The notes under the pieces: model-generated
Told to the model about the DNA's origin: nothing
Databases searched by the model: none
Seen by the model: the letters and a program-made list of their open reading frames with translations, nothing else
Made by a program: the position numbers and the translations under genes
Part shown: piece after piece, positions 11,527-24,030 of the stretch
How the letters are laid out: every line of letters starts with the position of its first letter
How positions within the stretch are numbered: the first letter of the stretch is position 1
DNA from: Epithemia pelagica
Taxonomy: Eukaryota; Protista; Bacillariophyta
Reading direction: 5' to 3'
NCBI GenBank assembly: GCA_946965045.2
Contig: OX337228.1
Coordinates: 4,588,001 to 4,652,000 of the forward strand
DNA: 64,000 nt

Positions 11527-13128
11527 CTAGGCAAAACTGCTGTCCGAAGTAGTAGATAGTTCCACGAATCCCGGCGATGGTACTTTGCTACGACGTTTCT
11601 TCATGAAGAAGAAAGCAACTCCGTAACCAATCGCTACCAGAATGAATCCCGTAAGAACACCACTTCCAAACGATGCTCCCGAACTTTTCTGTGGTGCCTC
11701 AACAAGATTCGACATATCTAACTTCTCCTCTGAGCTTTCCGAGCCCACAGTAGGGGTACGGCAAGGTTCTGCTTGCTCTTGCTTTTGTTTCTCAAGTGCA
11801 GCTTGCTTTTTCTCGAGTTCTTCTTCTCGCTTTTCAAGTTCTTCCTGTTGTTTTTCCAATGCTTTTTGTTGTTGCTCAAGTTCTTGTGGGACATTGTCTT
11901 GATTGCCAGTCTCCTGACCACCTTCGTCTCTGTTGAGAAACTCAGCAAAAGTCCGCAAGGCTGGGTCTCGTGGATCATCTTGAGGATTTTCCATGCGTTC
12001 CCAGAACGACTTGCCTTGGGCAGCGCAGGTATTTCGATAGGCTTCATACCGATCAACTGCTTCGGTGAGGCCATTCGTTGACGCTTGTTGTACACAGGAG
12101 TCTGGTAAGGGCATTCCTTGCAAGGTCTTGGGAAGAGACATGACAAATATGGAAAAGAAGGATTCTCCAGCACTGCATTCTTGGGGGTACACGCCACATT
12201 CTGCAGAAGAAATGTCGCTTGAGGCAGGGAGACATTCCCCAAGTTCCCGCAAACCTTCCAAGCACTGGTCAGACAAAATTTGTTCGAGTTTGGAATTCAG
12301 ACAAGCTGCCATTTTGAAAGGCTTTCCATCGACAGGGAACGGCCACAAATCAATAGAACATTCAGGGATCGAATCTGCCATGGCGGAAAAACAGTGACCT
12401 GTTTCTCCAGGGTGGAGTATCACCTCTCGCAACATTTTGCCCAAGGGATGATTACCGAGAACTGCCATGGCACAATCTTCAGGAAGATTCATGGTCGCCA
12501 TATCTAGAGCAGACATGGAGTTGACGCATTTCACCATGGCACCAAGCAAGGAGCCCACCAGATCCTCATCCAGAAGTAATTCATCGTATCCGGAACATTC
12601 TTCAAAATTATCGAAAGCGTTTCGCATGGCTTCCTCTTCTTCCAGTGAACAGGTACGAGAAAGCTTGAGCAAATCCATGACGACAGAGGGGTCGGCTGGG
12701 CCTTCATCACCGAAAGCATCCATAGGAAGTCCGCATTCCGCGAAATCTTCGGCTACAAGTTCCAACAAAGCCAAAAGCATATCATTATCTTCTTCTTCGC
12801 CCCCAAATTCACCAGCACCATACGGATCTCCTCCATCCATACCAAACTGTTCGCCACCGAATTCACCAGCGCCATACGGATCTCCTCCATCCATACCAAA
12901 CTGTTCGCCACCAAATCCTGTTCCTTCGCTTGGGTCTGAAGGATAAATTTCACTCTCCACATCAAATCCCGATCCTGCCCCCTCCAAGCCACCCCCATAG
13001 GGCATCATGTCTTCGTTCTGAGCATCCAAAGAGGGACTCTCATACACTACTCTTCTTTGACCAGTAGCAGTTGCTCCTGGAAGAGAACCAAGGAAGCAGA
13101 CAGCAGTAAGAACGCGATTGAGCAACAT
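11527..13128 (-). CDS. Type I membrane protein, Cys-rich luminal domain, Gly/acidic repeats and coiled coil (paralog B)
   Basis: Signal peptide, same 14-Cys domain, QQQKALEKQQEE coiled coil, TM, GFVEL tail. Confidence 0.8.
   Translation of the reverse strand: MLLNRVLTAVCFLGSLPGATATGQRRVVYESPSLDAQNEDMMPYGGGLEGAGSGFDVESEIYPSDPSEGTGFGGEQFGMDGGDPYGAGEFGGEQFGMDGGDPYGAGEFGGEEEDNDMLLALLELVAEDFAECGLPMDAFGDEGPADPSVVMDLLKLSRTCSLEEEEAMRNAFDNFEECSGYDELLLDEDLVGSLLGAMVKCVNSMSALDMATMNLPEDCAMAVLGNHPLGKMLREVILHPGETGHCFSAMADSIPECSIDLWPFPVDGKPFKMAACLNSKLEQILSDQCLEGLRELGECLPASSDISSAECGVYPQECSAGESFFSIFVMSLPKTLQGMPLPDSCVQQASTNGLTEAVDRYEAYRNTCAAQGKSFWERMENPQDDPRDPALRTFAEFLNRDEGGQETGNQDNVPQELEQQQKALEKQQEELEKREEELEKKQAALEKQKQEQAEPCRTPTVGSESSEEKLDMSNLVEAPQKSSGASFGSGVLTGFILVAIGYGVAFFFMKKRRSKVPSPGFVELSTTSDSSFA
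12803..12916. repeat. 54-bp intragenic tandem repeat (x2) encoding GEFGGEQFGMDGGDPYGA
   Basis: Direct repeat visible at 12803 and 12857. Confidence 0.9.
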
Positions 13129-13614
13129 GGCTTCCTTTTGTGTCCGTGAATTCTTGTGGGACTGCTGGACGGTACCCTCGACAATCTTGTTCCTGCAGAT
13201 TTTTTGAAAAGTCCAAATGACAATGACCCTCCCTATTAACTATTAACCCTAAAGTGTTGTCTGTCCTCCGTACGATTTCGGATACAAAATACAAATTGCT
13301 CCCAAGCTGGCATCTGGTATGAGTTTTCGATCGCGCGTAATTTTATGTTGGGAACATACTGCTGGGGACCATTCACGAAAAACCACGGCTCAACATCAGC
13401 TGGGGCGTAATCCCTCTCGTTAAAAATAGAGATCTCTACAATAACTTACATCGTCGAATACCTAGAGTAGAGGTAGTTCCCTCTAACAAAAAAAGCAGTA
13501 ACACGTACTCCCAACACACTCTGAAGAAGAAGGAAAACAGAAAACAGCAACAGCAACTGCATCTCGCAGCGGCAAAGGACCTGAGACGACAACCAAATCG
13601 AGTGGGCTTGAAAC

Positions 13615-14613
13615 ATGTCAGATTCCAACGCAGAAACATGTGCTTCGGCAATGCAGTTCATTTCGCCATCGGCAACCCTGTACGTCCTAGTTATGTTGTC
13701 CATATTGGCGGTTCCCACCATCTTCTATCTGGTATCCTACTTGATTCCTCAGATCTACATGTGCTTTCGTCCTGTTCCAAATCTGAAGAAGAGGTACGAA
13801 GGATCGGAATGGGCCTTAGTGACGGGTGCTGGCAGTGGCATTGGCCGAGCTTTGGCTTTCAAATTAGCATCATTGGGCTTGAATGTAGTAGTTGTGTCAT
13901 TGGAGGACGAATTTTTAAAAAATACAATGGAAGAGCTGAAAAAGCAGTACGACCAGTTGAAATTTCGCTCGGTGGGAGTTACATTCTCACCAGGCGTCGA
14001 CTACATGTCCAAAATAAAGGAAGCGACGAAAGATATCGAAGTGCGGCTTATCTTCAACAATGCGGGATTCATGGTGACAGGCTTCTTGGATCAAGCGCCC
14101 ATAGGCAAATTGTTGGCCAACATGGAATGTAATGCAACTGCCTGTCTGAACATTTCGCATCACTTCGTTTCAATGATGGTGGCAAAGAAACAGACTGGAT
14201 GCGTTGTCTTCACAAGTTCTGTAGCTGGTTTCATTCCCACACCCTTTGCAGCGATGTACGCCAGCACAAAAGCGTTTGTCAGTCAACTCGCGGCCTGTTT
14301 GCATATTGAAGTCAAACCACTGGGCATTGATGTCTGTGCCATTCATCCAAGTCCTGTAGCTTCCAATTTCTACTCAAAGTTGGACCACAAGGTTGAAATG
14401 ATTGAAGCCGCAGCCAAAAATGCCATTCAGCCTGATGCCATCACAGACGACATGCTCCGAAGCATTGGTGTTTGTGCGTACCGTGATCTTGGAACTCTTG
14501 CGTGGGCGACGCGCATGGGAACCTTCTTTTTGCCCTACAATCTGTTTAGCGAGCTCTTTGCCACTTTTGCTCCGTTGATGCCCGACTGGAAGGCTCATAA
14601 CAAGAATCGGTAG
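13615..14613 (+). CDS. Short-chain dehydrogenase/reductase (17-beta-HSD / very-long-chain 3-ketoacyl-CoA reductase-like)
   Basis: N-terminal TM, WALVTGAGSGIG, NNAG, YASTK catalytic motif. Confidence 0.9.
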   Translation: MSDSNAETCASAMQFISPSATLYVLVMLSILAVPTIFYLVSYLIPQIYMCFRPVPNLKKRYEGSEWALVTGAGSGIGRALAFKLASLGLNVVVVSLEDEFLKNTMEELKKQYDQLKFRSVGVTFSPGVDYMSKIKEATKDIEVRLIFNNAGFMVTGFLDQAPIGKLLANMECNATACLNISHHFVSMMVAKKQTGCVVFTSSVAGFIPTPFAAMYASTKAFVSQLAACLHIEVKPLGIDVCAIHPSPVASNFYSKLDHKVEMIEAAAKNAIQPDAITDDMLRSIGVCAYRDLGTLAWATRMGTFFLPYNLFSELFATFAPLMPDWKAHNKNR

Positions 14614-15030
14614 GCATGGAATATCAGACGTTCATATTGGTTCGTCGTCGTCGAAGGTCGGGATGGGCAAAAAGAAAATAGTTTGCTCACATCCTCCTAG
14701 AATCCTTCCAATCTTCCTACGTGGTAGAAATGCTTTGTCCTAGCCCTAGGTAACTCCAAAGACAAAATGGTCCTCATCTGGAAAAGGACCACTGTGTAGT
14801 GTAAAGGTTGTTTTGGCAGTTACACCATTTTTTGGGTAGCCCAAGGCAGCATTGGTATACAGATTACAGATCCGTCTGTTCACAGTCCACAGCAAGCAAG
14901 GAAGGCGGGTAGACACCCTAGACAACTACGGTCGGAGGATCTTCATGGTCTGTCTGTCGGTATCTTTTCTTCGCTCTTCAAGTGTGCGTCTGCGTCGTAA
15001 TTTGCGGTAGTCGCCTTGTCGAGACGTCTC

Positions 15031-16957
15031 ATGTCCATGGCACTACCATTTCATAGCCTTTCAGTGGACGAATTGCGCATCGCTTTAAGCTATTTTCACG
15101 GTAACGAAGCAACTCTCACGAGCGAAGTATCCAACACAAACAGCAAGGTTGTCTTAAGCGATAGCTCGAAATCGTCTAAGGTCAAATCACCAAAGGCCAA
15201 CATCCAAGCGAGTATCTCTTCATCTGTGGACAAAACTGCAAAGAAATCTGACGTCTCTAAAACGATGTCATCTGAGACAATCGAATCAACTATTTTGGAG
15301 GCGTTGACTTCCTCGGAGGACAGCATCATCCCAGATACATTTCCTTGGGCCGAGAGCAAAGGGATTGATCATCTCAAGGTGATTGGTGCTATCAAGAGTT
15401 TGGAGGTGGATCAGTACGTATTGACCAATCCTCTTTCAAAATCTTTCTTCGAACTTACGGTACAAGGACAATCGGTGATGGAAAGTAAAGGTTCTCAAGA
15501 AGTGTTGGTTCTGAAAGCACTTCTGGCGGCTCCTGGTGGTGCAGGTTTGCCCATGCCGGAGTTGCAAAACGCCGTGGGAAAGGACGTATCCAAAGTTGGC
15601 ATGGCAAATTGCATGAAAAAGAAATGGATAAAGAAAGAAGGCAGTAATCTTGTTCCTGTCGTTCAACTGGAAAACATAGAAGACAAGGCTTATGTGTTGC
15701 TCCAGACTCTCACTGCAAAGGAAGGTGCCGAAGATGCCTTGAATGCAGCGGTAAGAGTTCAAGATCTAGTGTTACTTTGAGATTCAATTGCTTGTCTGGA
15801 TTTTCTCATTTTCTCTCTCCGCACCAACATGCTCCTTTCTGTTTTACCTTTGCAGTCTATCACTGTACTAAAAAAGCGAAAGTTCATCAGCCTAAAGACC
15901 ATCAAATCAGTCAAAGTTACTCGTGGCCCGAACTATGCTCCTCAGCGTGTGAAGAAGGCTGCGGACTTGACAAAGGAGCTCTTGGAGTCAGGTGCGTGGA
16001 AGACTACACCCTTCAAACCATACAACCTCGTGACATTAGGGGCGAAGGTGGAGGGGGGCTATTTGCATCCACTAATGAAGGTAAGAGCTGAGTTCCGCAA
16101 AATCCTCATGCAAATGGGATTCACGGAAATGCCCACAAATAAATGGGTAGAGTCAAGTTTTTGGAATTTTGATTCTCTCTTTCAACCACAATCGCATCCC
16201 GCTCGCGATGCACATGACACCTTTTTTATCAAGGAGCCTGCCAGCACAGTGAGCGTCCCTGAAGAGTATTACGAACGTGTCAAGACGATGCATGAAGTAG
16301 GAGGATCTGGATCCATCGGATACCGATACGATTTTCAAAAAGGAGGTACGTGTTGTGGTGCATTGAAACTTAGTTTTGCCATTGTCCTTCTTACCCTATC
16401 CAGAGGCCTATAAGAACTTGTTGCGTACACACACTACCGCCATTTCCTCGCAGATGTTGTATAAACTGGCCAATCAAGAGGGAGGTTTCCAGCCCGCGCG
16501 CTACTTCAGCATTGATCGAGTCTTTCGAAATGAAACAATGGACGCGACACACCTCTGTGAATTTCACCAAGTGGAAGGGTTAGTGGCCGACTATGATCTG
16601 AGTTTGGGTGATTTGATTGGGACCATTGAAACATTTTTCAGAAAGATCGGTATCACTAAACTTCGTTTCAAACCAGCTTTCAATCCATACACAGAACCAA
16701 GTATGGAGATCTTTGGGTACCATCCAGATCTCAAGAAATGGACGGAAATTGGAAACTCTGGAATGTTCCGACCTGAAATGTTACAACCTATGGGGTTGCC
16801 TGAAAACGTGAGAGTCATTGCGTGGGGTCTGTCTTTGGAACGGCCTACAATGATCAAGTATCGCATCAAGAATATTCGCGACTTGTTTGGACACAAAGTT
16901 GAAATGGCCCGAATCAAGACAGCTCCTGTCTGTCGCTTTCCAGAGGCTACTGCTTAA
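15031..16957 (+). CDS. FARSA: Phenylalanyl-tRNA synthetase alpha subunit, cytosolic; 3 exons (introns ~15752-15856, ~16347-16402)
   Basis: [49 protein letters not shown]. Confidence 0.95.
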
Positions 16958-17229
16958 AAACGGACGATAGTATTTGTTGTTCGATGAAATCTTGTATCCT
17001 TCACATTCATCATTATAGTGCCGAAGATTTCTATCCCGTCTAAGGTTAGACAAACGAGTTCGCAATATCCTTACTAGCTATGAGAATATCAAGCGAGGAA
17101 TGAGATAATCTCTTGCCTCAGTGTGTTAGGAGTATTGCACAAGTACAAGCCATTTGGGCCATTGTCCATTGTCCACTACTGTGAATCTCATCCTCATCAT
17201 CGGAAAACCCTCAGACGCGACTAAATATT

Positions 17230-19245
17230 ATGGGTCGCGTATTACTCGCCCCCGACACGTCACTCGCCGGTCGAAGCCGCATTGAAAAAAAGGAAAATCG
17301 AAATCGTCTTATTCTAAGCAAGATGATACGAAAAGCCACTTTAATGTCAGGATCATGTCGCTCGGTGGCGCATTCCCTAGTCAAAAGAAGTTATGGTAGA
17401 ACACAGATTAATGCTTTGCCAGGACGTGGTATCATGGACCAACGATGGTTAACTGGAATCAGTCCTCGCATGGTGACCACGGCAAGGACAAACGTCCAAG
17501 GGATGCAAGGACCTTTGAAGATTCCCTGCATGCAGTTCTCAACAACAACATCCAAGTCTTCTTCTATGGGTGAGATAAAGTGGTGGCATCCGGTTGTGGG
17601 AGGACTCGTCATAACGATAGCAGGGGGCATGAAATGGTTTCATGACCATCTCGGAGGAATGGAGGGATTGCAGCGATCGGTGTCCTTCTACAGCAAGGCT
17701 ATACCCAAGGTATGCTACATTCGACAAAAATAATCCCTTATCGTCTTCTTATCTCACGATGAATAAAAACTGCAGTACGTTCTGTATCGTTATCACATGT
17801 GGGCCGATTCTCCGGATGATGTGTGGGCTGAGTTGGACAGGGAAACATCGAAGGTCGCATTGGAGAAAATATTGGAGTTGGAAGGTTTCTATTACAAAGC
17901 TGGTCAGATGTGCGCAAGCAACTTGGGTGACGCATTTCCCGAAATCTGGCGTGATACGATGAGTATACTGCAAGATCAAGTACCTCCCCAACCCTATGAA
18001 ACAGTAGTGAAACGAATTTTGAAAAGCGAAATACCCGACCTGGAAGAGAAATTTGAGAGTATCGAAAAAGAACCCATCGGATCTGCATCTATTGGACAGG
18101 TTCATCGAGCGGTAATGCGCGATGGGAAGAAAGTTGTTGTCAAGGTTTGCTACCCCAATGCCGAGCGACTGTTGCGCGGAGATGTGCGCACTATAAAAGC
18201 ATTTGCTTCTCTTGCACAACCCGTCCATGTCCCCGCGTTGGCGGAAATTGAGAAACAATTTCAGACTGAGTTCGATTATCGCCAAGAAGCACAAAACATG
18301 GCTACGGTACGTGAAAATTTAGTCAAGGCAGGCCTGTGTGGGCCGGGTCGCATGTGCCAGGTTCCGAAACCATATCCGGAGCACTGTACCAAGCGAGTTC
18401 TGGTGATGGAAGAGTTGTTTGGGGACAAACTTGAAGTCGCTTTGAAGCGCGATGTAATGTTTCATGCGAGCCGATCAAACCAGACAGTAGAAGAATTCAT
18501 GCTCGCACAGAAGCTAGACGCAGACGAGAAGATTCGAAAGGGATTGAAGGTAGAAGGTCCTACGTCAGAGCAATACGATATACTGATCAAGATGGAAGAC
18601 GGCAAACGGCGCGTTCGGAACACATGGAATCGTTTGTATAATATTGTAACAGGAACATGGTTGTGGGGCAAGGGTGGGCTTCCTTATGACAGTAAAACAG
18701 AACTGCCTTTGAATCATGCCAAATTAGTCGACGATTTGATTCACATTCATGGGCATGAAGTGCTCATGGATGGTTTCTTCAACGGTGATTGCCATCCAGG
18801 CAACGTCTTGCTCTGTCATGATGAAGACGGCTCCCCACAACTTGGCTTGATTGACTATGGACAAGTGAAATCGTTGTCAAAGGAAGAGCGACACCTTTTT
18901 GCGAAGCTGATTATCGCTCTTGCTGACGAAAATTCTGACGATATTTGTGCACTGATTACAGAAGCAGGATATAAATCGAAGAACATGGATCCAGAAGTGA
19001 TGGTTCTATACGCGAAGGCGGCATTTGACGACGACAGCAGAGAAATCACTGGCGGCCTCCACATTCAATTGTTCATGGAAAAGATCCAAGAAAGAGATCC
19101 CATTGTGAGCTTGCCAACTGTATTTGTAATGGTTAGTCGATGCTCCCTGCTTCTCAGAGGATTGGCACACGCATTGAAACAGAGCCGCACGATTGCCCAT
19201 GCATGGAGACCAATTGCAGAACGAGTGTTGAAAGAAGACATATAA
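17230..19245 (+). CDS. ABC1/UbiB atypical kinase (ADCK-like); intron ~17710-17790
   Basis: YYKAGQ, IGSASIGQVH, FNGDCHPGN, LIDYGQ. Confidence 0.9.
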
Positions 19246-19379
19246 TTTGTGTAATTACACAAACAGCTAACAGACTAAGCGTTGCCGTCTTCGATGGTGA
19301 TTATGCTCTTAAGTATGCTTTTCGATCATTCGAGTAACATGATGTGAAGCGAGAGATGAAAAGCATTAAAATGGAATGA

Positions 19380-20033
19380 CTATTTCTTAACAACCCTGCT
19401 GGATCGCGAAGGTTTCGCATTAGCTTCGGCTTCTTGTCCTGATATTCCCTCCCAAAGGCTGCTCAACATTTTAGAAGGATCCTGTTGCATCTCCATTTGC
19501 TTCTTCATTTGCGCCTTCTCTTCTGGATCCAAACCTTCCATCATTTTCGGCATGAAGAACATTAGGCCCACACTGAAAGCCATCATGATGACCATGGGAT
19601 TTTTTAAGATGAACCAAATGCTAAATCCACGCTTTTGCTCAAAATAGTCAAATGTGGCGTAGGCCGTCAGTTCCAAAGGATGGTTTATTGGGTTCTTGGG
19701 AGCCCCGGCAAACGCATACTCCAAGCATTTCGGCTCACTTCCGTCCGGAAGTACCTGGATCTTAACTTGGGCAAAATGGTGCGTTGTAGAGATCACGTCG
19801 AGTTGATGAACCCCAGGAGCAACGTCGAATAGTTCAAAGGAACAGCCGTCATCGAGTTTGCAGTAAGTCGAGCGTTCCCCATGGTCAAGAGTTATTTTTG
19901 TTGTAATATTGAACGCTGATTTATCCGGGTACAGAAGACGGCCGCGAATTGTTGTCGTCTCCTCGCAATTCACAAAGGCTCCAATTAGAGTAAGCATAAA
20001 CGTAAGGAATCGAACTGGCTGAATCATTGTCAT
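19380..20033 (-). CDS. EMC7: ER membrane protein complex subunit 7
   Basis: Signal peptide, beta-rich luminal domain, FDYFEQKRGFSIWFILKNPM, TM, PKMMEGLDPE. Confidence 0.85.
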   Translation of the reverse strand: MTMIQPVRFLTFMLTLIGAFVNCEETTTIRGRLLYPDKSAFNITTKITLDHGERSTYCKLDDGCSFELFDVAPGVHQLDVISTTHHFAQVKIQVLPDGSEPKCLEYAFAGAPKNPINHPLELTAYATFDYFEQKRGFSIWFILKNPMVIMMAFSVGLMFFMPKMMEGLDPEEKAQMKKQMEMQQDPSKMLSSLWEGISGQEAEANAKPSRSSRVVKK

Positions 20034-20458
20034 GTCGAGTCTTGCTCCTAATGTATGGAACTGGGAGATAGATCCGGGGATTTTGGGTCTGGGGTCTGGG
20101 GTCTGGGGTTTGGGGGTGGGGGTTGCTTTGGATTTTGAGTGCGCGCGCATGCTCCGCATCATCTCCGCATGCACATACGCCCACTTATTATGGACGCGCG
20201 GAGCATGGATCGCGGATCGCGGCTTGCTCCCGCCACCCGCCCCGAAGATACCTTTGAGTTATCATTATCATTCTAAATCCCAATATTCGGGTCGTCATAC
20301 GCGTTATGCAGCCGGCAACAGATGGACAGAACAAATGGATGCCCAAAGCCCAAACAACACGAGAAGCTTTCGAGAATGGAGAGTTTTGATGGTTGTGTAT
20401 AAAACAGAACAGGAGTGAGCAGATCAACAGGATTGTGTAGATAGAAAACCATACCACA

Positions 20459-21469
20459 ATGAAGATGAATGTGCCATCAGTTGTTCGATACATATTGACT
20501 CTAGGACTTGTGAAGCACGTTCAAGGATGGTCGATCCAAAGTTCGAGCTGTTTTCGAAGGACAACATCCCTTGATATGGCATCAGTGGGAATCTTCTATG
20601 GCACATCGACCGGAAGTACTCAAGAAGTTGCCGATCTCATCTACTCGGCTTTTGGTGAGGATGTTGCAGCTGAACCAATTGATGTTGATACCATTGAAGC
20701 AGATGGAACTGCTCTAGGTAATGTGTTTGGACAGCACGACGCTTTGGTTGTGGGCACACCCACATGGAATACTGGGAGCGACATTCAACGAAGTGGCACT
20801 GGTTGGGATGAGTTGTACTACAACCAGCTACCTCATATTCACGAAGTATTGACAGGCAAAAAGGTTGCCGTATTCGGATTGGGAGACCAAGTATCCTATT
20901 CAGAAAACTATGCAGATGCGACCGGTGAACTGTTTGATGTATTTGAGGGACTGGGATGCAAAATGATGGGGGCATGGAGTCAGGAGGGATACGAGCATGA
21001 GGCTTCGAAGAGTATTCGAGGTGACAAGTTTTGTGGATTGGTGCTGGACGCTGTTAACCAAGAGGAGCTCACTGAAGACCGTGTGAAAACGTGGGTTTCT
21101 CAGCTCATTGGAGAGGGGATTCTCGGAAACGCTGATGACCGTACTTCCCAGACGAGCTCGCCGGTTCAAGTTACCGAAGCTGAGAAACCTGCAGAATATC
21201 CCGTAGCTTTAGAGGAGCAAAGCGCGTTGCTCGATGAGTCTATCGCGTCCCATTCGAGCGGAGGGTAAGTTGATTTGAAATGAGGCAAAAAACACGTTGG
21301 ATACTTATTCGCTGGTGTACTTACCCGGGCGCTTCTTCCTTTTCATAGATTCACTCCGCACCACAACGCAGTAACAGGAGAGACTATGTGGACCAGTGTA
21401 GATGGACGTAGTTCTTTCGTCTCAGCAGGAAGAGTTATCAAAGATGATATATCCAACTTCTCTCCCTAA
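20459..21469 (+). CDS. fld: Plastid-targeted flavodoxin; intron 21265-21348
   Basis: GIFYGTSTGST, GTPTWNTG, AVFGLGDQ, LVLDAVNQ; signal peptide ending VQG-W; spliced C-terminal exon GFTPHHN...NFSP*. Confidence 0.93.
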
Positions 21470-21858
21470 TGATGGGATTGGTTATGCAGAAGCGTCCAAC
21501 ATTCATTCGCTTTCATGTTAGGTACAATAAAAACAAGTCTTAAATAGTTGACTGATGCCTTAATGTCTTTCCTACATTCTCGCTCCTGATCTCCAACTAG
21601 CGCAATGCCAAATGTCAAGTTCCGTAAGGGTTTCCCTTACCCCCTCTATCGCATTAGTTATGACTGCATTCCAGTGATGAAAATGGGAGTCAATGTTCAT
21701 ATCTGTTCCCCTGCACAGTGTTGCATGCGTAACTCCGACGAGAGGAGAACGTCATCGCGGATCGTGGAGCAGTCAGAGGGACGCAGGGTGAATAATATCA
21801 TCACCTGAAGAAAGAAGAAGGGAATATATTCCGCGACCCAAAACTCATGCGTACCCAG

Positions 21859-22404
21859 TCACAGATCTGGAATGTCGATCACAGGATATTGAAGTAGTTC
21901 TGGAAAGTTGAGTACAATTGTGGCAATGACCACAATAAGAACCGAGAACAAGCCGATCCAGTTTTCCCGGTAAGGACTTAGGACCTCCTTCCATAGTTTT
22001 TCATCCGGCACTTGGCCAACTTCACGGGGTCTTCGTCGAAGGGATTCATTATATTTCCGAAGGTCTTCTTCGTCGATCCAATAGTCAGCTCCTTGTTCAC
22101 GTGCTTCAGATTTAATAAGAGGTCTGATTTCGGATATTTTCCAAAGGGCTTCATCAGAATTGTGATTCGCGCTCGAACTGACGGTTCCAGATGGGTTGTT
22201 TATAAGCTTGTTACGGCGACGACGCTTCTGCAAGTCTCTCCTAGCAGTCCGTTTCGCTGTTCCCCATAAGGCAGTGTGGGAGGTTGTGCGCTTGGATGAG
22301 ATAGTGACAACATGGTTCTGCGACAGGACGCCACCCGGAGCACCATGAAAGCTTTGAACAGTTGATATCAGCCAGAAACCTATTACCCATGTTATTGGAC
22401 GCAT
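21859..22404 (-). CDS. Hypothetical plastid-targeted membrane protein
   Basis: Signal peptide ending VQS-F (ASAFAP-like), C-terminal TM. Confidence 0.7.
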   Translation of the reverse strand: MRPITWVIGFWLISTVQSFHGAPGGVLSQNHVVTISSKRTTSHTALWGTAKRTARRDLQKRRRRNKLINNPSGTVSSSANHNSDEALWKISEIRPLIKSEAREQGADYWIDEEDLRKYNESLRRRPREVGQVPDEKLWKEVLSPYRENWIGLFSVLIVVIATIVLNFPELLQYPVIDIPDL

Positions 22405-22544
22405 TCTTGCCGCTACTTCAGTTCTTCGCGTAGTCAAAAGCCAAAAGCGGCAAACTGTGATCCATCAAAAGATCTTGATTCGATGACGTAAGATGTAAGG
22501 GAGTCATGACTCGTGACTCACTGGAACACCGAACACCGTTCTCG

Positions 22545-22685
22545 TACCCCCAAGCAGGGGTGAGTCAGTCACGCGTGATTGGATGCAAGATGTGCATCCG
22601 TATACTCACCCCCTTGGCTCGACCTGATCGCTCTCGACATTGATACAAATTTCATTCTACCTCCACGCATCCATTACGGTGGTGG
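22545..22685 (+). repeat. Left TIR of MULE-like element
   Basis: First 22 bp identical to reverse complement of the right end; further blocks GTATACTCACCCCCTTGGCTCGACC and CGACATTGATACAAATT shared. Confidence 0.85.
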
Positions 22686-24030
22686 AGGTGCAGAGGTATC
22701 AAATCGACCTACATCATGTCTTCTTCTTGACATAAACGTCGGAAGCTTTCTCAGAAGCAAACCCGACAAGCCTATGAAGCTCAGGTGGACCCAAGTCAGC
22801 CGGTGGCATCTGCAAGAGCAGGTTTTGATACTGGCATCGCCAAAACCAACAACACTCCTACATCCCAGGCCCGTTCCTCCTCAATCCCCGGTATCACGTC
22901 GTTTCGCCCTCCTTCCTCCGTTGCCGCAGGTGGTATTGATGCTATAGTTGCGAATTTCTCCTACGAAACTCCTTTGGCAAACCGACAGGCACAACAACAA
23001 CACTCAAGCAATCTTGTCAGGTAGGAACCATCCACATTTCTGGACAGCGCTGCGGCCAGCTCGTTGTCCCCTCTTCCCTATTGTCGTTGGACCAGTGTCC
23101 ATTACCAACACTCTGTCGTGAAACCCATTCAAGAAACCATGAATCGACCTGTGACACTCTGTACCAGTTTGAATTTTGCGCCGGATCCTTAATGCTAGCG
23201 GTGGTTTGATCCAAACGGCAGCGTCCAACCGTTCGTTCCGATGGACGTTTGGGGGCTTGAGCTATGTTGCAAGTTGTGTTGTTTTGGCTCGAGGCCGTCT
23301 GCTCCTTGTGTGTTGCCAGGGTCCGTCACCTATACAAAGCCTATGTAGAAGAACGGTAACACACACACATAATATGACCTCTTTGCTTCTATTTGTGTAA
23401 TGCACCAAGCTCCGGTCCTCCGATTCGTCATTGTAATACTCCAAGGTGGAATTGCTGAGATCGCCATAGTCGTCCACGTCTTGCGCATTTCCCACCACCT
23501 TCCAACTCCAAAAGGTATGACTGCCACAGTAAAGGAGGCAATGATACGTGAATGCCTGATGGATTGCAAGGAAAAGGACATGAAACAGGGGCTGGAAATA
23601 GAATAGGGGAACCGATGGTCATCCTTGTCGCTCTTGGGGGGAGAATCATCGTCCTGGGAATTGAGGCCGAACGAAAGGAAGACATGGTGTTGTTGGGAAA
23701 GCGTGTCCAATGACGAGACGACCGCCGCTGCACCAATTTCAGATCACGAAACAAAAGGAAAGATTCAAGCTATCTTTCGTTCACCGAGGAGACACACAGA
23801 CAGAAGAGATAAAAGCTGCATCAGATGGCACTATCAATGGAGACAACCACAACCTTCCATCCTTGTCTTGTCTTGTCTTGTCTTGGTTTATGGTTGTTCC
23901 GGTTCGTGCCTGGTGCAGAAGGTCTGGACCTTTGCATCTAAGGAAGGAACGGTACGCCAGTTTATGGCGGTTTAATTATCGATAAGAAAGCACCCCTAAG
24001 CGCATCCTACTAGAATCATCCGCGCGCAGG

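Noticed and set aside
23000-23400. Decayed MULE transposase (TVRSDGRLG..VRHLYKAY resembles the SD..G...CxxH region)
   Set aside because: Spacing does not fit CxxH, the frame has several stops, and no other catalytic motif is visible; needs a profile search.
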